Source: Planctomycetota bacterium | Lineage (GTDB): Bacteria > Planctomycetota > Brocadiia > JAADGH01 | DNA: 64,000 bases | Direction: 5' to 3' | Assembly: GCA_040755855.1 (NCBI GenBank) | Contig: JBFMAD010000006.1 | Span: 32,001 to 96,000, forward strand | In this document: positions 46,558 to 54,930 of the stretch, piece after piece | How positions within the stretch are numbered: position 1 is the stretch's first letter | Layout: every line of letters begins with the position of its first letter | Program-made: the position numbers and the translations under genes | The notes under the pieces: model-generated | What the model saw: only the letters and a program-made list of their open reading frames with translations | Database searches by the model: none | Told to the model about the DNA's origin: nothing

Positions 46558-47970
46558 TCAAACCGTCTGCACGCGGAAGGTCTCGACGGTTCCCTTTTTC
46601 CAGCCGTCCCAGAGGTAGGCGTCCTCGCGGCCCTGGGCGATGACGCGGAAGGCGTAGCGGGTCTGCTCCTCATAAAACTCGCAGTAGGCGCTCGGGGCGC
46701 GGAGCGTCCCCTCGCAGGCGTGCACCTCAGCGGGGCACGGCGCGCCGCAGAAGTGGCGGATCGCGCATCTCCCGCACGGCTCGATCTCCTCGATCATGCG
46801 GCCGGTAACATCCCGGAATGCTTTCGATTTGAGGATGGTTGCGATGGGTGTCTTGAACAGGTTGCCGCCCTTGAACTGCGGCATGCCGATGAACTCACTG
46901 CACGGGGACACATCGCCCCGGGCCGAGACGGCGAAGAAGCACCGCCCCCCGCCGCAGGGGGAGATGTCGCACATCAGCCGCCGCGCCGCCGGGGCCGCGA
47001 TCCCGATCAACACATTTGCGAAATTCGCAATCACGATCTTTCGGCCCGTGGACTTGCCAAGCTCATAGGCCCGGTCGAGGGCGCGCATGAACTCCCGGGC
47101 CAGCAGACCGTTGTCCGGCTTGAGCGCCCGCCCGCCCGGCTGCGTGCACCGAACGGGGTTCAGCATGATGATGGGGACGCCGCGGGCGTGGAGAAATTCC
47201 ACAATCTGGGTCAGGAATCGCACGTTCGCCTGCGTGACGGTGCAGATGGCGTTCAGCGCCGGGTAGCCGGACAGCCGGTCGAGTGTCTCCGTTACCTTGC
47301 GGAAGCTCCCCCCGCCGGCCCAGTTGCGCCGCGTCCGGTCGGCGACCTGCGCGCGGTGGCCGTCGAGGGAAATGCCGATGCCGACACCGTGCGAGCGCAG
47401 GAAGTCAATAGCCGCCTCGTCGAGGAGCGTGGCGTTCGTCTGGATGCCGAAGCGGAAGTCGTCGGCAAACTTCTCGATCCCGGCAAACACCGCCTCCCGC
47501 GCCAGCATCGGCTCGCTGCCGTGGAAGACGAGCTGCGGCTTTGCGCCTTTGGGCAGCGACTTCTTGAAATGGTCCCGCAGGATATGCAGCGCTCGGCAGA
47601 CCTTCTGTGGGGACATGTGGATCCCGCCGCGACGCATCTTGTCCGGCAGGTAGCAGTATCGGCAGTTCAGATTGCACCGTTCGGTGGGATTGAAATAGAC
47701 CGCCGACGGCGTGAGGCCGAAGCGAAGGGCACGCATCTCTCGCTGCATCGCTTCGGCCTTGCGCTGATACGTCTTCCGAATCGTCCCGTTCTCAATCGCG
47801 TCCGCCGCGGACGTCTTCGGCAGAATCGCCCAGAAGGCCGTGTCGGCCTCTACGGCGGCGACGCGATCATCCAGGCCGACTTCCATGAGGGCGAGACCGG
47901 GACCGTAGCCGGTGTTGGCGTACTTGCCCCTGCCCCCCTCCGTGGGGACCTTCTTATTTTTCACAGTCAT
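46558..47970 (-). CDS. cbpB: Peptide-modifying radical SAM/SPASM enzyme, CbpB family
   Basis: CNLNCRYC radical SAM motif; FHGSEP; SPASM cysteines CDISPCGGGRC...PC...CGRCAIRHFCGAPC...C; 10 nt downstream of a CbpA-like peptide. Confidence 0.88.
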   Translation of the reverse strand: MTVKNKKVPTEGGRGKYANTGYGPGLALMEVGLDDRVAAVEADTAFWAILPKTSAADAIENGTIRKTYQRKAEAMQREMRALRFGLTPSAVYFNPTERCNLNCRYCYLPDKMRRGGIHMSPQKVCRALHILRDHFKKSLPKGAKPQLVFHGSEPMLAREAVFAGIEKFADDFRFGIQTNATLLDEAAIDFLRSHGVGIGISLDGHRAQVADRTRRNWAGGGSFRKVTETLDRLSGYPALNAICTVTQANVRFLTQIVEFLHARGVPIIMLNPVRCTQPGGRALKPDNGLLAREFMRALDRAYELGKSTGRKIVIANFANVLIGIAAPAARRLMCDISPCGGGRCFFAVSARGDVSPCSEFIGMPQFKGGNLFKTPIATILKSKAFRDVTGRMIEEIEPCGRCAIRHFCGAPCPAEVHACEGTLRAPSAYCEFYEEQTRYAFRVIAQGREDAYLWDGWKKGTVETFRVQTV

Positions 47971-47980
47971 GCGACCGACG

Positions 47981-48100
47981 TTACTTCTTCTTGGAATCCA
48001 TCATGATGTAGTGCGACAGTCCGGTCCCGTCCGCGGCCTTCTTGCACTCGCGACGATAGGCAACGACCTTTTTCTCCGCGCTCTTCTTCTCGCTCGCCAT
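47981..48100 (-). CDS. cbpA: 39-aa modified-peptide precursor, CbpA family
   Basis: AAAAGGAG RBS; MASEKKSAEKKVVAYRRECKKAADGTGLSHYIMMDSKKK with the AYRRxC...GTGLSHYI core. Confidence 0.85.
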   Translation of the reverse strand: MASEKKSAEKKVVAYRRECKKAADGTGLSHYIMMDSKKK

Positions 48101-48137
48101 GACCCAGCTCCTTTTCTCTCCGTGCGGGACGCATAAC

Positions 48138-48180
48138 AAAAAAGCCCCGCAAGCAGCGCACGGTCTGCTTCCGGGGCTTT
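48138..48180 (-). terminator. Intrinsic terminator/attenuator of the riboswitch
   Basis: Minus strand AAAGCCCCGGAAGCAG-loop-CTGCTTGCGGGGCTTTTTT between aptamer and RBS. Confidence 0.8.
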
Positions 48181-48212
48181 CCTTTGCCATCGGTCAGCCC
48201 GAGATCACGTCA

Positions 48213-48398
48213 TCCAACAGGTCTTCTGGCTCTCGCATCAACCACGCGACGGCCGCCTTCCCGCTGGGGTGGGCCCCAGCAGTGGCCGCGCCTGCCCTTC
48301 GGCGCCTCGCCGTCCCGCGTCCGCGATCACAGCGGCGGGACCGCCACGGAATCACACCGTGTTCCGAGATGTTGGGAACGGTCTCAGAAGTTCTCAAC
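48213..48398 (-). ncRNA. Cobalamin riboswitch
   Basis: Minus strand GGAACACGGTGTGATTCCGTGGCGGTCCCGCCGCTGTGA ... GCCACTG ... GGGAAGG ... GAGCCAGAAGACCTG (B12 box); ends approximate. Confidence 0.92.
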
Positions 48399-48405
48399 GG
48401 AATGT

Positions 48406-48434
48406 AGCATAGCGAACTCCCCGCGGGATGTCAA
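48406..48434 (-). promoter_or_regulatory. Sigma70 promoter of riboswitch-cbpAB
   Basis: Minus strand TTGACA-17-TATGCT immediately upstream of the aptamer. Confidence 0.75.
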
Positions 48435-48485
48435 GACAAAAAATCGCGGAAAAGTAAGGCATCGGCCAGCCTGGGTGGCCTATCC

Positions 48486-48514
48486 TTGACAGGCTCCCTG
48501 GCGTCGGATATACT
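48486..48514 (+). promoter_or_regulatory. Divergent sigma70 promoter
   Basis: TTGACA-17-TATACT. Confidence 0.7.
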
Positions 48515-48622
48515 TCGCTTAGGACAGCGCAGAGGGCGACTGAGAACGTCCACCATGGCTCCACAGCACATAGCGCAATGGAAAATATGCCCTAAAACAA
48601 TCTTCCGCTGTCCCAAAGATGC

Positions 48623-49165
48623 GTGGAACAAAAACAACTGAACATGGTGCCCCCGGAATATGCCAAAGGAGCCCGTTCAATGAGCTACTCGCTGTCAGAG
48701 GGAAAACCGGTTCTGATCTACGAAGTGTACCTGCCGAAGAAGATGGCGTATGCCTCGAAACTCGCAGAGGTGCTCGACTCCTTCTTCACGCCGCAACGCC
48801 TTCAGGACATCCCGGCGGTCCAAACCAGACTTCAGGAGATAACACCCGACTCCGAGAAACAGCGATTCATCGAGTGGATCGTATCAACTATCAAGGGGTA
48901 CTCGATCTACGAGGTGGATGGCGGGTTCAGCGACGGCGCACGCCTGTTCGATGAGAGAACCTGGGTAATCCGGTTCATCCTCCACGATCCGATGGGTCAG
49001 GACGGTATCCGGGAGAGTTTCCGCACCCTTTCACGAGACGTGATCGCCCACCTGGTGACCCGTCGCTTCGCCGAGGAGCTGGGCACGGAGCAGGAAATCT
49101 GGTTTCTGGAGTATGAGCACTGCCGACTTCGCCGGTGGGTTCAGCAAACGGATTCCTCCGCCTGA
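48623..49165 (+). CDS. Hypothetical protein, possibly P-II/DUF3574-like fold
   Basis: GYSIYEVDGGF...DERTWVIRF...EQEIWF; start uncertain (48623 or 48644). Confidence 0.6.
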   Translation: MEQKQLNMVPPEYAKGARSMSYSLSEGKPVLIYEVYLPKKMAYASKLAEVLDSFFTPQRLQDIPAVQTRLQEITPDSEKQRFIEWIVSTIKGYSIYEVDGGFSDGARLFDERTWVIRFILHDPMGQDGIRESFRTLSRDVIAHLVTRRFAEELGTEQEIWFLEYEHCRLRRWVQQTDSSA

Positions 49166-49169
49166 CGTT

Positions 49170-49330
49170 CTAAGCCCGTCGGCGCTCCCCGATGAACCGT
49201 TTCATGCGTTGGCGGTTTTCCTTCTTGATCCACGTGAATCGAACGCCGACTTCGTATTGATCTTTCTGAACCCCCTTCCAGGCGCACCACCTTGATTTCC
49301 AGATGACGAGGAACGTGAAATTGAGGCGAC
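49170..49330 (-). pseudogene. PilZ-like domain C-terminal remnant
   Basis: Startless frame ...QKDQYEVGVRFTWIKKENRQRMKRFIGERRRA*; adjacent frame gives HLEIKVVRLE just upstream. Confidence 0.4.
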
Positions 49331-49504
49331 TCTCAGCATGTGTAATTGGACCGGGTTTAGATAGTTAAGGGAACGTCCCCCAAACCAACCTGTTGCAAAC
49401 GAGAACGGATGTTGTTACACTGGTTTTAAAACGGGGGATGCGCTGGGAGCGGCAGGCAACTCCACATCACGACAGGGCGCGTGGAGACAAATCAACGGCG
49501 TGAG

Positions 49505-50971
49505 ATGAAAAACATGAACCGACGGCAATTTCTCAAGACCGGCGGAGCGCTGGTCAGCGGACTGGCGGCGATCCGCCCCATTCTCGGCCAGGATAACCAA
49601 GCGAAAAAGCGTCCTGACATCCTCTTCATCGCCATCGAGGACGTGAGTCCACATCGCTTCGGCTGTTATGGCGGCAAGGTGGCGAAGACGCCGAACATGG
49701 ATCGCTTCGCCGCCGGGGGCATCCGCTTCGCCGAGACCCATACAAACCCGCCTTGCTGCCCATCCCGCACGGCCCTGTTCCTCGGCCTGCGCCCGGACAC
49801 GACGAAGGTCTATGGCAACAACGACAACTGGGCCGAGCTGTGCCCCGACGCCCTCTCCATGCCGGAGCACTTGCGCAACAACGGCTACGAGACGATTCGC
49901 TGTGGGAAGATGTTTCACGGCGGCAGCGGAAGCGGCGCCTTCGAGAGGGACGCCTGCTGGAGCAAGATCGTCAACCCATCCGAGGGCATGCCCGAGCGGA
50001 AGAAGACGCGCCGCCCCGCCGAAGGTCCCGGCGTGGAATACGCAAAGGAGCGAAAGCAGGCACAGAAGAAGGGAAAGGCCAAGAGTCACGGCTCGCCCTT
50101 CATCTACGGCCCCACGGGACTGGCCGGCGAGGAGGAACTCGACGGCATGGTCGCCTCCCAGGGCATCCGCCTCCTGAACGAGAAGCAGGACAAGCCGATC
50201 CTCCTGGCCCTGGGGATGCACGCCACACACCTGCCATTCTGCTGCCCTGACAAATACTTTGAGATGTATCCCTGGCAGGAGATGCAGATCCCCAGGAACC
50301 CCGACGCCGGGCCGGACGGCATGCCGAAGGACCCCAAGGTTCTCAGCCAGCAGAACCCTTATACGATCGAGCAATGGAAGAAGGCCATTGCCGGGCATTA
50401 CGCCTGCCTGTCGTTCGTGGATGCGCAGATCGGCCGCGTGCTCGATGCGCTGGAGAAGTCGGGGCGGAAGGAGAACACCATCGTCGTCATCTGGAGCGAC
50501 CATGGCTTCATGCTTGGCGAGCACTTCATGTGGCGCAAAGGCCCGCTCCGCGACGAGAGCACGATGTCCGCGCTCCTGATGCAGGCGCCCGGCGTGACGA
50601 AGGCCGGGAGCGTGTGCAAGCGGCCGGTGGAGACGATTGACATCTTTCCTACAATTTTCGATGTCTGCGGCGTCTCCCAGCCCGAGGGGATCGAGGCCAT
50701 GAGCATGAGGCGGCTCCTCGAAACCCCCGGCGCGCCGTGGAAGAAGGGCGCACTTATGCACGGGGGCAGGAAGGGGCGGAGCATCTGCACGGAGAAGTGG
50801 CGTTATAATGAGTACGAGGGCGCCCCCGACCAAACCGAGCTGTTCGACCAGGCCGCCGATCCCGGTGAATTTGCCAACCTCGCCCAAGATCCCAAACACA
50901 CCGAGACGGTCAAGGAACTCAGCGCCTTTCTGCGGGGCGGATGGAAGGCGTGCCTGCCGGAGGGGACGTGA
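49505..50971 (+). CDS. Tat-exported Cys-type sulfatase
   Basis: MNRRQFLK Tat motif; RPDILFIAIED; CCPSR (CxPxR); GKMFH; WSDHG. Confidence 0.93.
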   Translation: MKNMNRRQFLKTGGALVSGLAAIRPILGQDNQAKKRPDILFIAIEDVSPHRFGCYGGKVAKTPNMDRFAAGGIRFAETHTNPPCCPSRTALFLGLRPDTTKVYGNNDNWAELCPDALSMPEHLRNNGYETIRCGKMFHGGSGSGAFERDACWSKIVNPSEGMPERKKTRRPAEGPGVEYAKERKQAQKKGKAKSHGSPFIYGPTGLAGEEELDGMVASQGIRLLNEKQDKPILLALGMHATHLPFCCPDKYFEMYPWQEMQIPRNPDAGPDGMPKDPKVLSQQNPYTIEQWKKAIAGHYACLSFVDAQIGRVLDALEKSGRKENTIVVIWSDHGFMLGEHFMWRKGPLRDESTMSALLMQAPGVTKAGSVCKRPVETIDIFPTIFDVCGVSQPEGIEAMSMRRLLETPGAPWKKGALMHGGRKGRSICTEKWRYNEYEGAPDQTELFDQAADPGEFANLAQDPKHTETVKELSAFLRGGWKACLPEGT

Positions 50972-50985
50972 TACGTGGATGAACT

Positions 50986-51040
50986 GGAGTATTGAGACGT
51001 TGGAGTATCAGGATGTTGGAATATTGGAGAAATGGAATTT
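50986..51040 (+). repeat. Degenerate octamer tandem repeat (GGAGTATT-like x7)
   Basis: ggagtatt gagacgtt ggagtatc aggatgtt ggaatatt ggagaaat ggaattt. Confidence 0.6.
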
Positions 51041-51090
51041 CTGCGGTAACTCCGCAGTGCGAAAGCGATGGCGCAGAGGACTTGTTGCTT

Positions 51091-52452
51091 GTGCAGCGTC
51101 ATTCCAGGTGCAAGTTGTTCATTGTAACCGCGGTTGCGGCCTTCGTCATCTACAACCTCAACTTCCGCACTATTACCCAAGTGGATACCGTCCCGGCTGG
51201 ATATGTCGCATGGGCGCTGCTGCACGGACAGGGCTTTGACCTAAGCGTTTACATGGCGAACCCGGCGCACCTGGCCGAGTACGCCAACCAGGTGGTCCAT
51301 CGGGGCAGGGGTGACCGGTGGGTATCCAAGTACCCCCCTGGCAGCGCAATCCTCGCGCTGCCGTTTTACGGTGCGGCATGCCTCTTCTCACGCGATATGC
51401 CGTCCTCCCGTTCGGCCATGAATCGTCTGGGCAAACAAGTCGCGGCATTCTATTGCGCTTTGGCGACGGCGTTCTTTCTGCTTGTGGTTGCACGTTCCTT
51501 CCCGTCCGCGGCGGTTCCAGCGGCCGTGCTATTCGGATTCGGCACCTGTGTCTGGAGCACGGCCAGTCAGGCGCTCTGGACACACGGGCCGGCCGTATGT
51601 TGTATATGCGTGGGTTTATGGTTCCTGCTCAGCGAACGCGAAGACACGCCTCCCCGGTCCGCTTTCCTGGGAGGACTTGCGCTGGGCATGGGTATCCTGT
51701 GCCGTCCGAGCGTGGCGATCCTGTTGCTGGGGGCAGGGGCGGGGCTGGCAATTGCCCGCCAGTGGAAAGCGGTTGCCGGTCTCTGTCTTGGCGCTGCGGC
51801 CCCCGTCTCAGGGCTGGTGCTCTATAATCTACATTACACCGCCTCAACGATGTCGGGCGGATATGGAAAAGAAGCAAGCATGTGGAGCACGCCGCTCTGG
51901 CTGGGATTGGCGGGACTGACGATAGCGCCGTCGCGCGGGCTTTTTGTCTTTACGCCTGCGGCAATTGTTTCGCTTTTCGGCGCGGCAGAACTCATCCGGA
52001 GGCGATTGAACGTAACAGACTGCACACGTTGGATTCTTCTGGGGCTCGGCTGTGGGGCGGGGCTGACGATTGTGGTTTACGCCAAATGGCACTGCTGGTC
52101 GGGTGCATGGTGTTATGGTCCACGGTTTCTGACAGAAATCATGCCTGTAGTGTGTCTGTTCTTTGCGGCGGGGTATGCACGGCTGCCATCGTTGCTCGCG
52201 CGCCGTCTGGCGATAGTTCTGGTGGGTCTGTCGGTATTCATTCACACCCTTGGTGTGGCCGCCGACGGGCGGTTTTGGCATTCGCGGCACTACGTAGGCA
52301 AACACGCTACCGACCTGTTCCGCCTGGAAGACAATCAGATTGGGGCGTACCTTCGTTACCTCGTCGAAAAATCGCAGAAGATGATCTCCGGAGAGAACGG
52401 AAAAGAAGACCGTCAGCCGCGTCTTAATGAAAACGGCGTAAGTTCACCGTAA
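51091..52452 (+). CDS. Polytopic membrane glycosyltransferase (GT-C-like)
   Basis: Many TM helices; SKYPPG, SQALWTHG, PSRGLFVFTP, W.G.WCYGPRF; start uncertain (ORF opens at 50992). Confidence 0.7.
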   Translation: MQRHSRCKLFIVTAVAAFVIYNLNFRTITQVDTVPAGYVAWALLHGQGFDLSVYMANPAHLAEYANQVVHRGRGDRWVSKYPPGSAILALPFYGAACLFSRDMPSSRSAMNRLGKQVAAFYCALATAFFLLVVARSFPSAAVPAAVLFGFGTCVWSTASQALWTHGPAVCCICVGLWFLLSEREDTPPRSAFLGGLALGMGILCRPSVAILLLGAGAGLAIARQWKAVAGLCLGAAAPVSGLVLYNLHYTASTMSGGYGKEASMWSTPLWLGLAGLTIAPSRGLFVFTPAAIVSLFGAAELIRRRLNVTDCTRWILLGLGCGAGLTIVVYAKWHCWSGAWCYGPRFLTEIMPVVCLFFAAGYARLPSLLARRLAIVLVGLSVFIHTLGVAADGRFWHSRHYVGKHATDLFRLEDNQIGAYLRYLVEKSQKMISGENGKEDRQPRLNENGVSSP

Positions 52453-52672
52453 GATCACGCACTCCGAGAGGGGGAACATTGAATGACCGGGACTTTGATA
52501 AATATTCATGCCGCGGCGAACCTTTTTTCTTGCGCTCGATCTTTCTGCCTATCCTCCGTCCGCGAACATATTCTGAGTTGTTTTTTGCGGCGGAGATGAA
52601 ACCTTGCCCCGCATATCAGTGTATAACCAGAAACAAGTGCTGTTCCATGCAAATCTTTTTGGAGGATGCGCG

Positions 52673-54877
52673 ATGCGAAAGAACGCCTTCGCCTTGCTGC
52701 TAATCATGGCCCTGTCCGCCGCCGTTGTCGCTCAGGAGGCCCCGAATCCCATCGAACGGATCATGCCCGCCGACGCCCTTGTATTCGTGCAGATCAAGGA
52801 CTTCACCGGCATGAGCAAGGCCTTTGAGGAGACGCTCGTCGCCAAGACGATCAATGAGTCGGAGATGCTCGACGCGGCCCGCGACGCGCTCATTGATGTC
52901 ACCCGATTCTTCTGCGCGTATGCAATGGACATCACCTATGCCGACCTGAAGGAGATCGTGGGGACGAACGTGGCCATCGCCGTGTTCGAGGGGACCGATC
53001 CCCGCGCCACAGCACCGGCGGTGGTTGTGATGGACATCTCCAGGGCGAAGGAGAAGTTTCAGTCGCTCCTGAACCAGAAGATCAAGCCAAAACTCGCCGC
53101 CATCGGCGGGGCGGAGATCTTCGGTCAGACCACCATCGGCGATAAGACGGTGGAGAGCATCAAGGGGCCGAAGGGCCAGACAGTATATTTCGCAATAATG
53201 AATGACGTGTTCGCCTTCGGCACCCTCGACGGGATGAAGAAGCTGATGGTCGCCGATGCGCCGCGGCTCGCGGAGAGTCCCGGCTACAAGGCCGTCAAGG
53301 CGGCGGTGGATGCGCCGACGGGGGTGACGGCCTACCTCAACGTCGAGGCTCTATGGGGACACTTCGAGACGGAATGGCAGCACGCCCCAACGGAGAAGGC
53401 GGGCTTCGACGCCCTCGGCATTACCACCGTCAAGGCCATCGGCGCCTCGACGAAGTTCGAGGGCCAGGGCATGGGCGACAAGTTCTTCGTCTACACCGGT
53501 CCGGAACGGACGGGCCTGTTGAATCACTTCGCCTCGCAGCCGCCGCAGGCGCCGAAGAGCGACGCCCTCGTGCCCAAGGAGTACGCCCTCTACGCCCGGC
53601 TGCTTACGGGCGGGGGCATAAAGTTATGGGAGGCGTTTAAGGAACTGCTACGCCAGACCGAAGGGGAGCAGGCCATCATGGGCATCGAGCAGATGCGCCT
53701 CGTCGTCCAGCAGCAGGCTATGGTGGATGTGGAGCAGGATATTTTCGCCCAGTTCGGCAACGAGGCCTTCGTCGCAGTGGATCTGAGCGGCCTGACGTTC
53801 GACCGCAAGCCGCGATTCACCGATTTCAATTTCGTCTTCGGCATGGAGGCGTCCGACCCTGTCCGGCTGCAAGGATCTATTGCGCAGCTTTGGCTCGCCC
53901 CCATGCTGGCGGATCAGGGAATCGCCGTGGACAGCTTCGACCACAACGGAACGACGGTGTACGTCGTCGGCCTGCCGAGGGCGCCGATGGTTCGCCCGAC
54001 GTATGCCTTCATCAACGGCTTCTTCATTTTTTCACTCAAGACGGAGCCGATCCAACAGGTCATTGACACGGTGAAGGCCGGGACGCCCCTGGCCAAGAAG
54101 GAGGACTACACGTCGGTCATGGGCAAGCTCCCCGCCGAGTCGAACCTGTCGGCCTATCTGGATGTGGGCGGCCTGGCGCGGGCGCTCGTGGCGGCGCTCG
54201 GTCCGAGGGCCCCGGCGAAGGCCAAGCCCTTCATTCCCGTCCTCACCGCGATCGCGGAAAAACTGACCGGCATGGGGCTGGCGGCAAAGGGCGTGGACAA
54301 CGGGATCATGCTCGAGAGCCGCTCGCCCATCGGCGGTCCCACATTCGTGCTTGCTGTGGCCTCCATCGCGGAATTGGGCAAGCCGTCCGGTCAGCGAACT
54401 CTGGAGGAGGCCCAAAAACGGCTCACGAAGGTGGAGAGGGCGATCCAGCAGTATAAGCAGCGCACGGGACGGTATCCGGCCTCGCTTGCGGAGCTGACGC
54501 CGAAGCCCTTGAAGAATCTACCGCTCGATCCCTTCGCCACGGACGGTCGCACGTTCCAGTATCTCTCAACCACTCGCCCTGCCCCCGCGCCACCCCCCCC
54601 GGCCGCGGGCGCTCCGGCCGCGCAGCCCCAGCCCCAGCCGCAACCGCCTCCCGCCGGGCCGAGCATGTTTATGCTCTGGAGCGTCGGGCCAGACGGCAAA
54701 CAGGACATCTCTCCCGACGAGATGACCATCGAGCAGTGGAAGGCAAAGGTTGATTCCAATGCACCGGCCGATGTTGACTTCCTGAAGGCAAAGATATGGC
54801 AATACAAGAAGGAAGTCAACGCGGATGAACAGGATTCTTACGACGAAGGGGATATGATGAAGGGGAGCGATAAGTAA
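52673..54877 (+). CDS. Secreted DUF3352-like protein with a C-terminal GspG-like domain
   Basis: GGAGG RBS; signal peptide; MPADALVFV...; C terminus AIQQYKQRTGRYPASLAEL...PLDPF...LWSVGPDG. Confidence 0.7.
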   Translation: MRKNAFALLLIMALSAAVVAQEAPNPIERIMPADALVFVQIKDFTGMSKAFEETLVAKTINESEMLDAARDALIDVTRFFCAYAMDITYADLKEIVGTNVAIAVFEGTDPRATAPAVVVMDISRAKEKFQSLLNQKIKPKLAAIGGAEIFGQTTIGDKTVESIKGPKGQTVYFAIMNDVFAFGTLDGMKKLMVADAPRLAESPGYKAVKAAVDAPTGVTAYLNVEALWGHFETEWQHAPTEKAGFDALGITTVKAIGASTKFEGQGMGDKFFVYTGPERTGLLNHFASQPPQAPKSDALVPKEYALYARLLTGGGIKLWEAFKELLRQTEGEQAIMGIEQMRLVVQQQAMVDVEQDIFAQFGNEAFVAVDLSGLTFDRKPRFTDFNFVFGMEASDPVRLQGSIAQLWLAPMLADQGIAVDSFDHNGTTVYVVGLPRAPMVRPTYAFINGFFIFSLKTEPIQQVIDTVKAGTPLAKKEDYTSVMGKLPAESNLSAYLDVGGLARALVAALGPRAPAKAKPFIPVLTAIAEKLTGMGLAAKGVDNGIMLESRSPIGGPTFVLAVASIAELGKPSGQRTLEEAQKRLTKVERAIQQYKQRTGRYPASLAELTPKPLKNLPLDPFATDGRTFQYLSTTRPAPAPPPPAAGAPAAQPQPQPQPPPAGPSMFMLWSVGPDGKQDISPDEMTIEQWKAKVDSNAPADVDFLKAKIWQYKKEVNADEQDSYDEGDMMKGSDK

Positions 54878-54893
54878 TCTCGTCGCCAAATCG

Positions 54894-54930
54894 CGCCACG
54901 CACGGCCCCGGCCGTGCGTGGCGTTTTTTT
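54894..54930 (+). terminator. Rho-independent terminator
   Basis: CGCCACGCACGGCC/GGCCGTGCGTGGCG stem followed by T7, between convergent genes. Confidence 0.85.

Noticed and set aside
48101..48190. Longer 69-aa version of the precursor peptide ORF
   Set aside because: Extension runs through the terminator hairpin; strong RBS precedes ATG 48100
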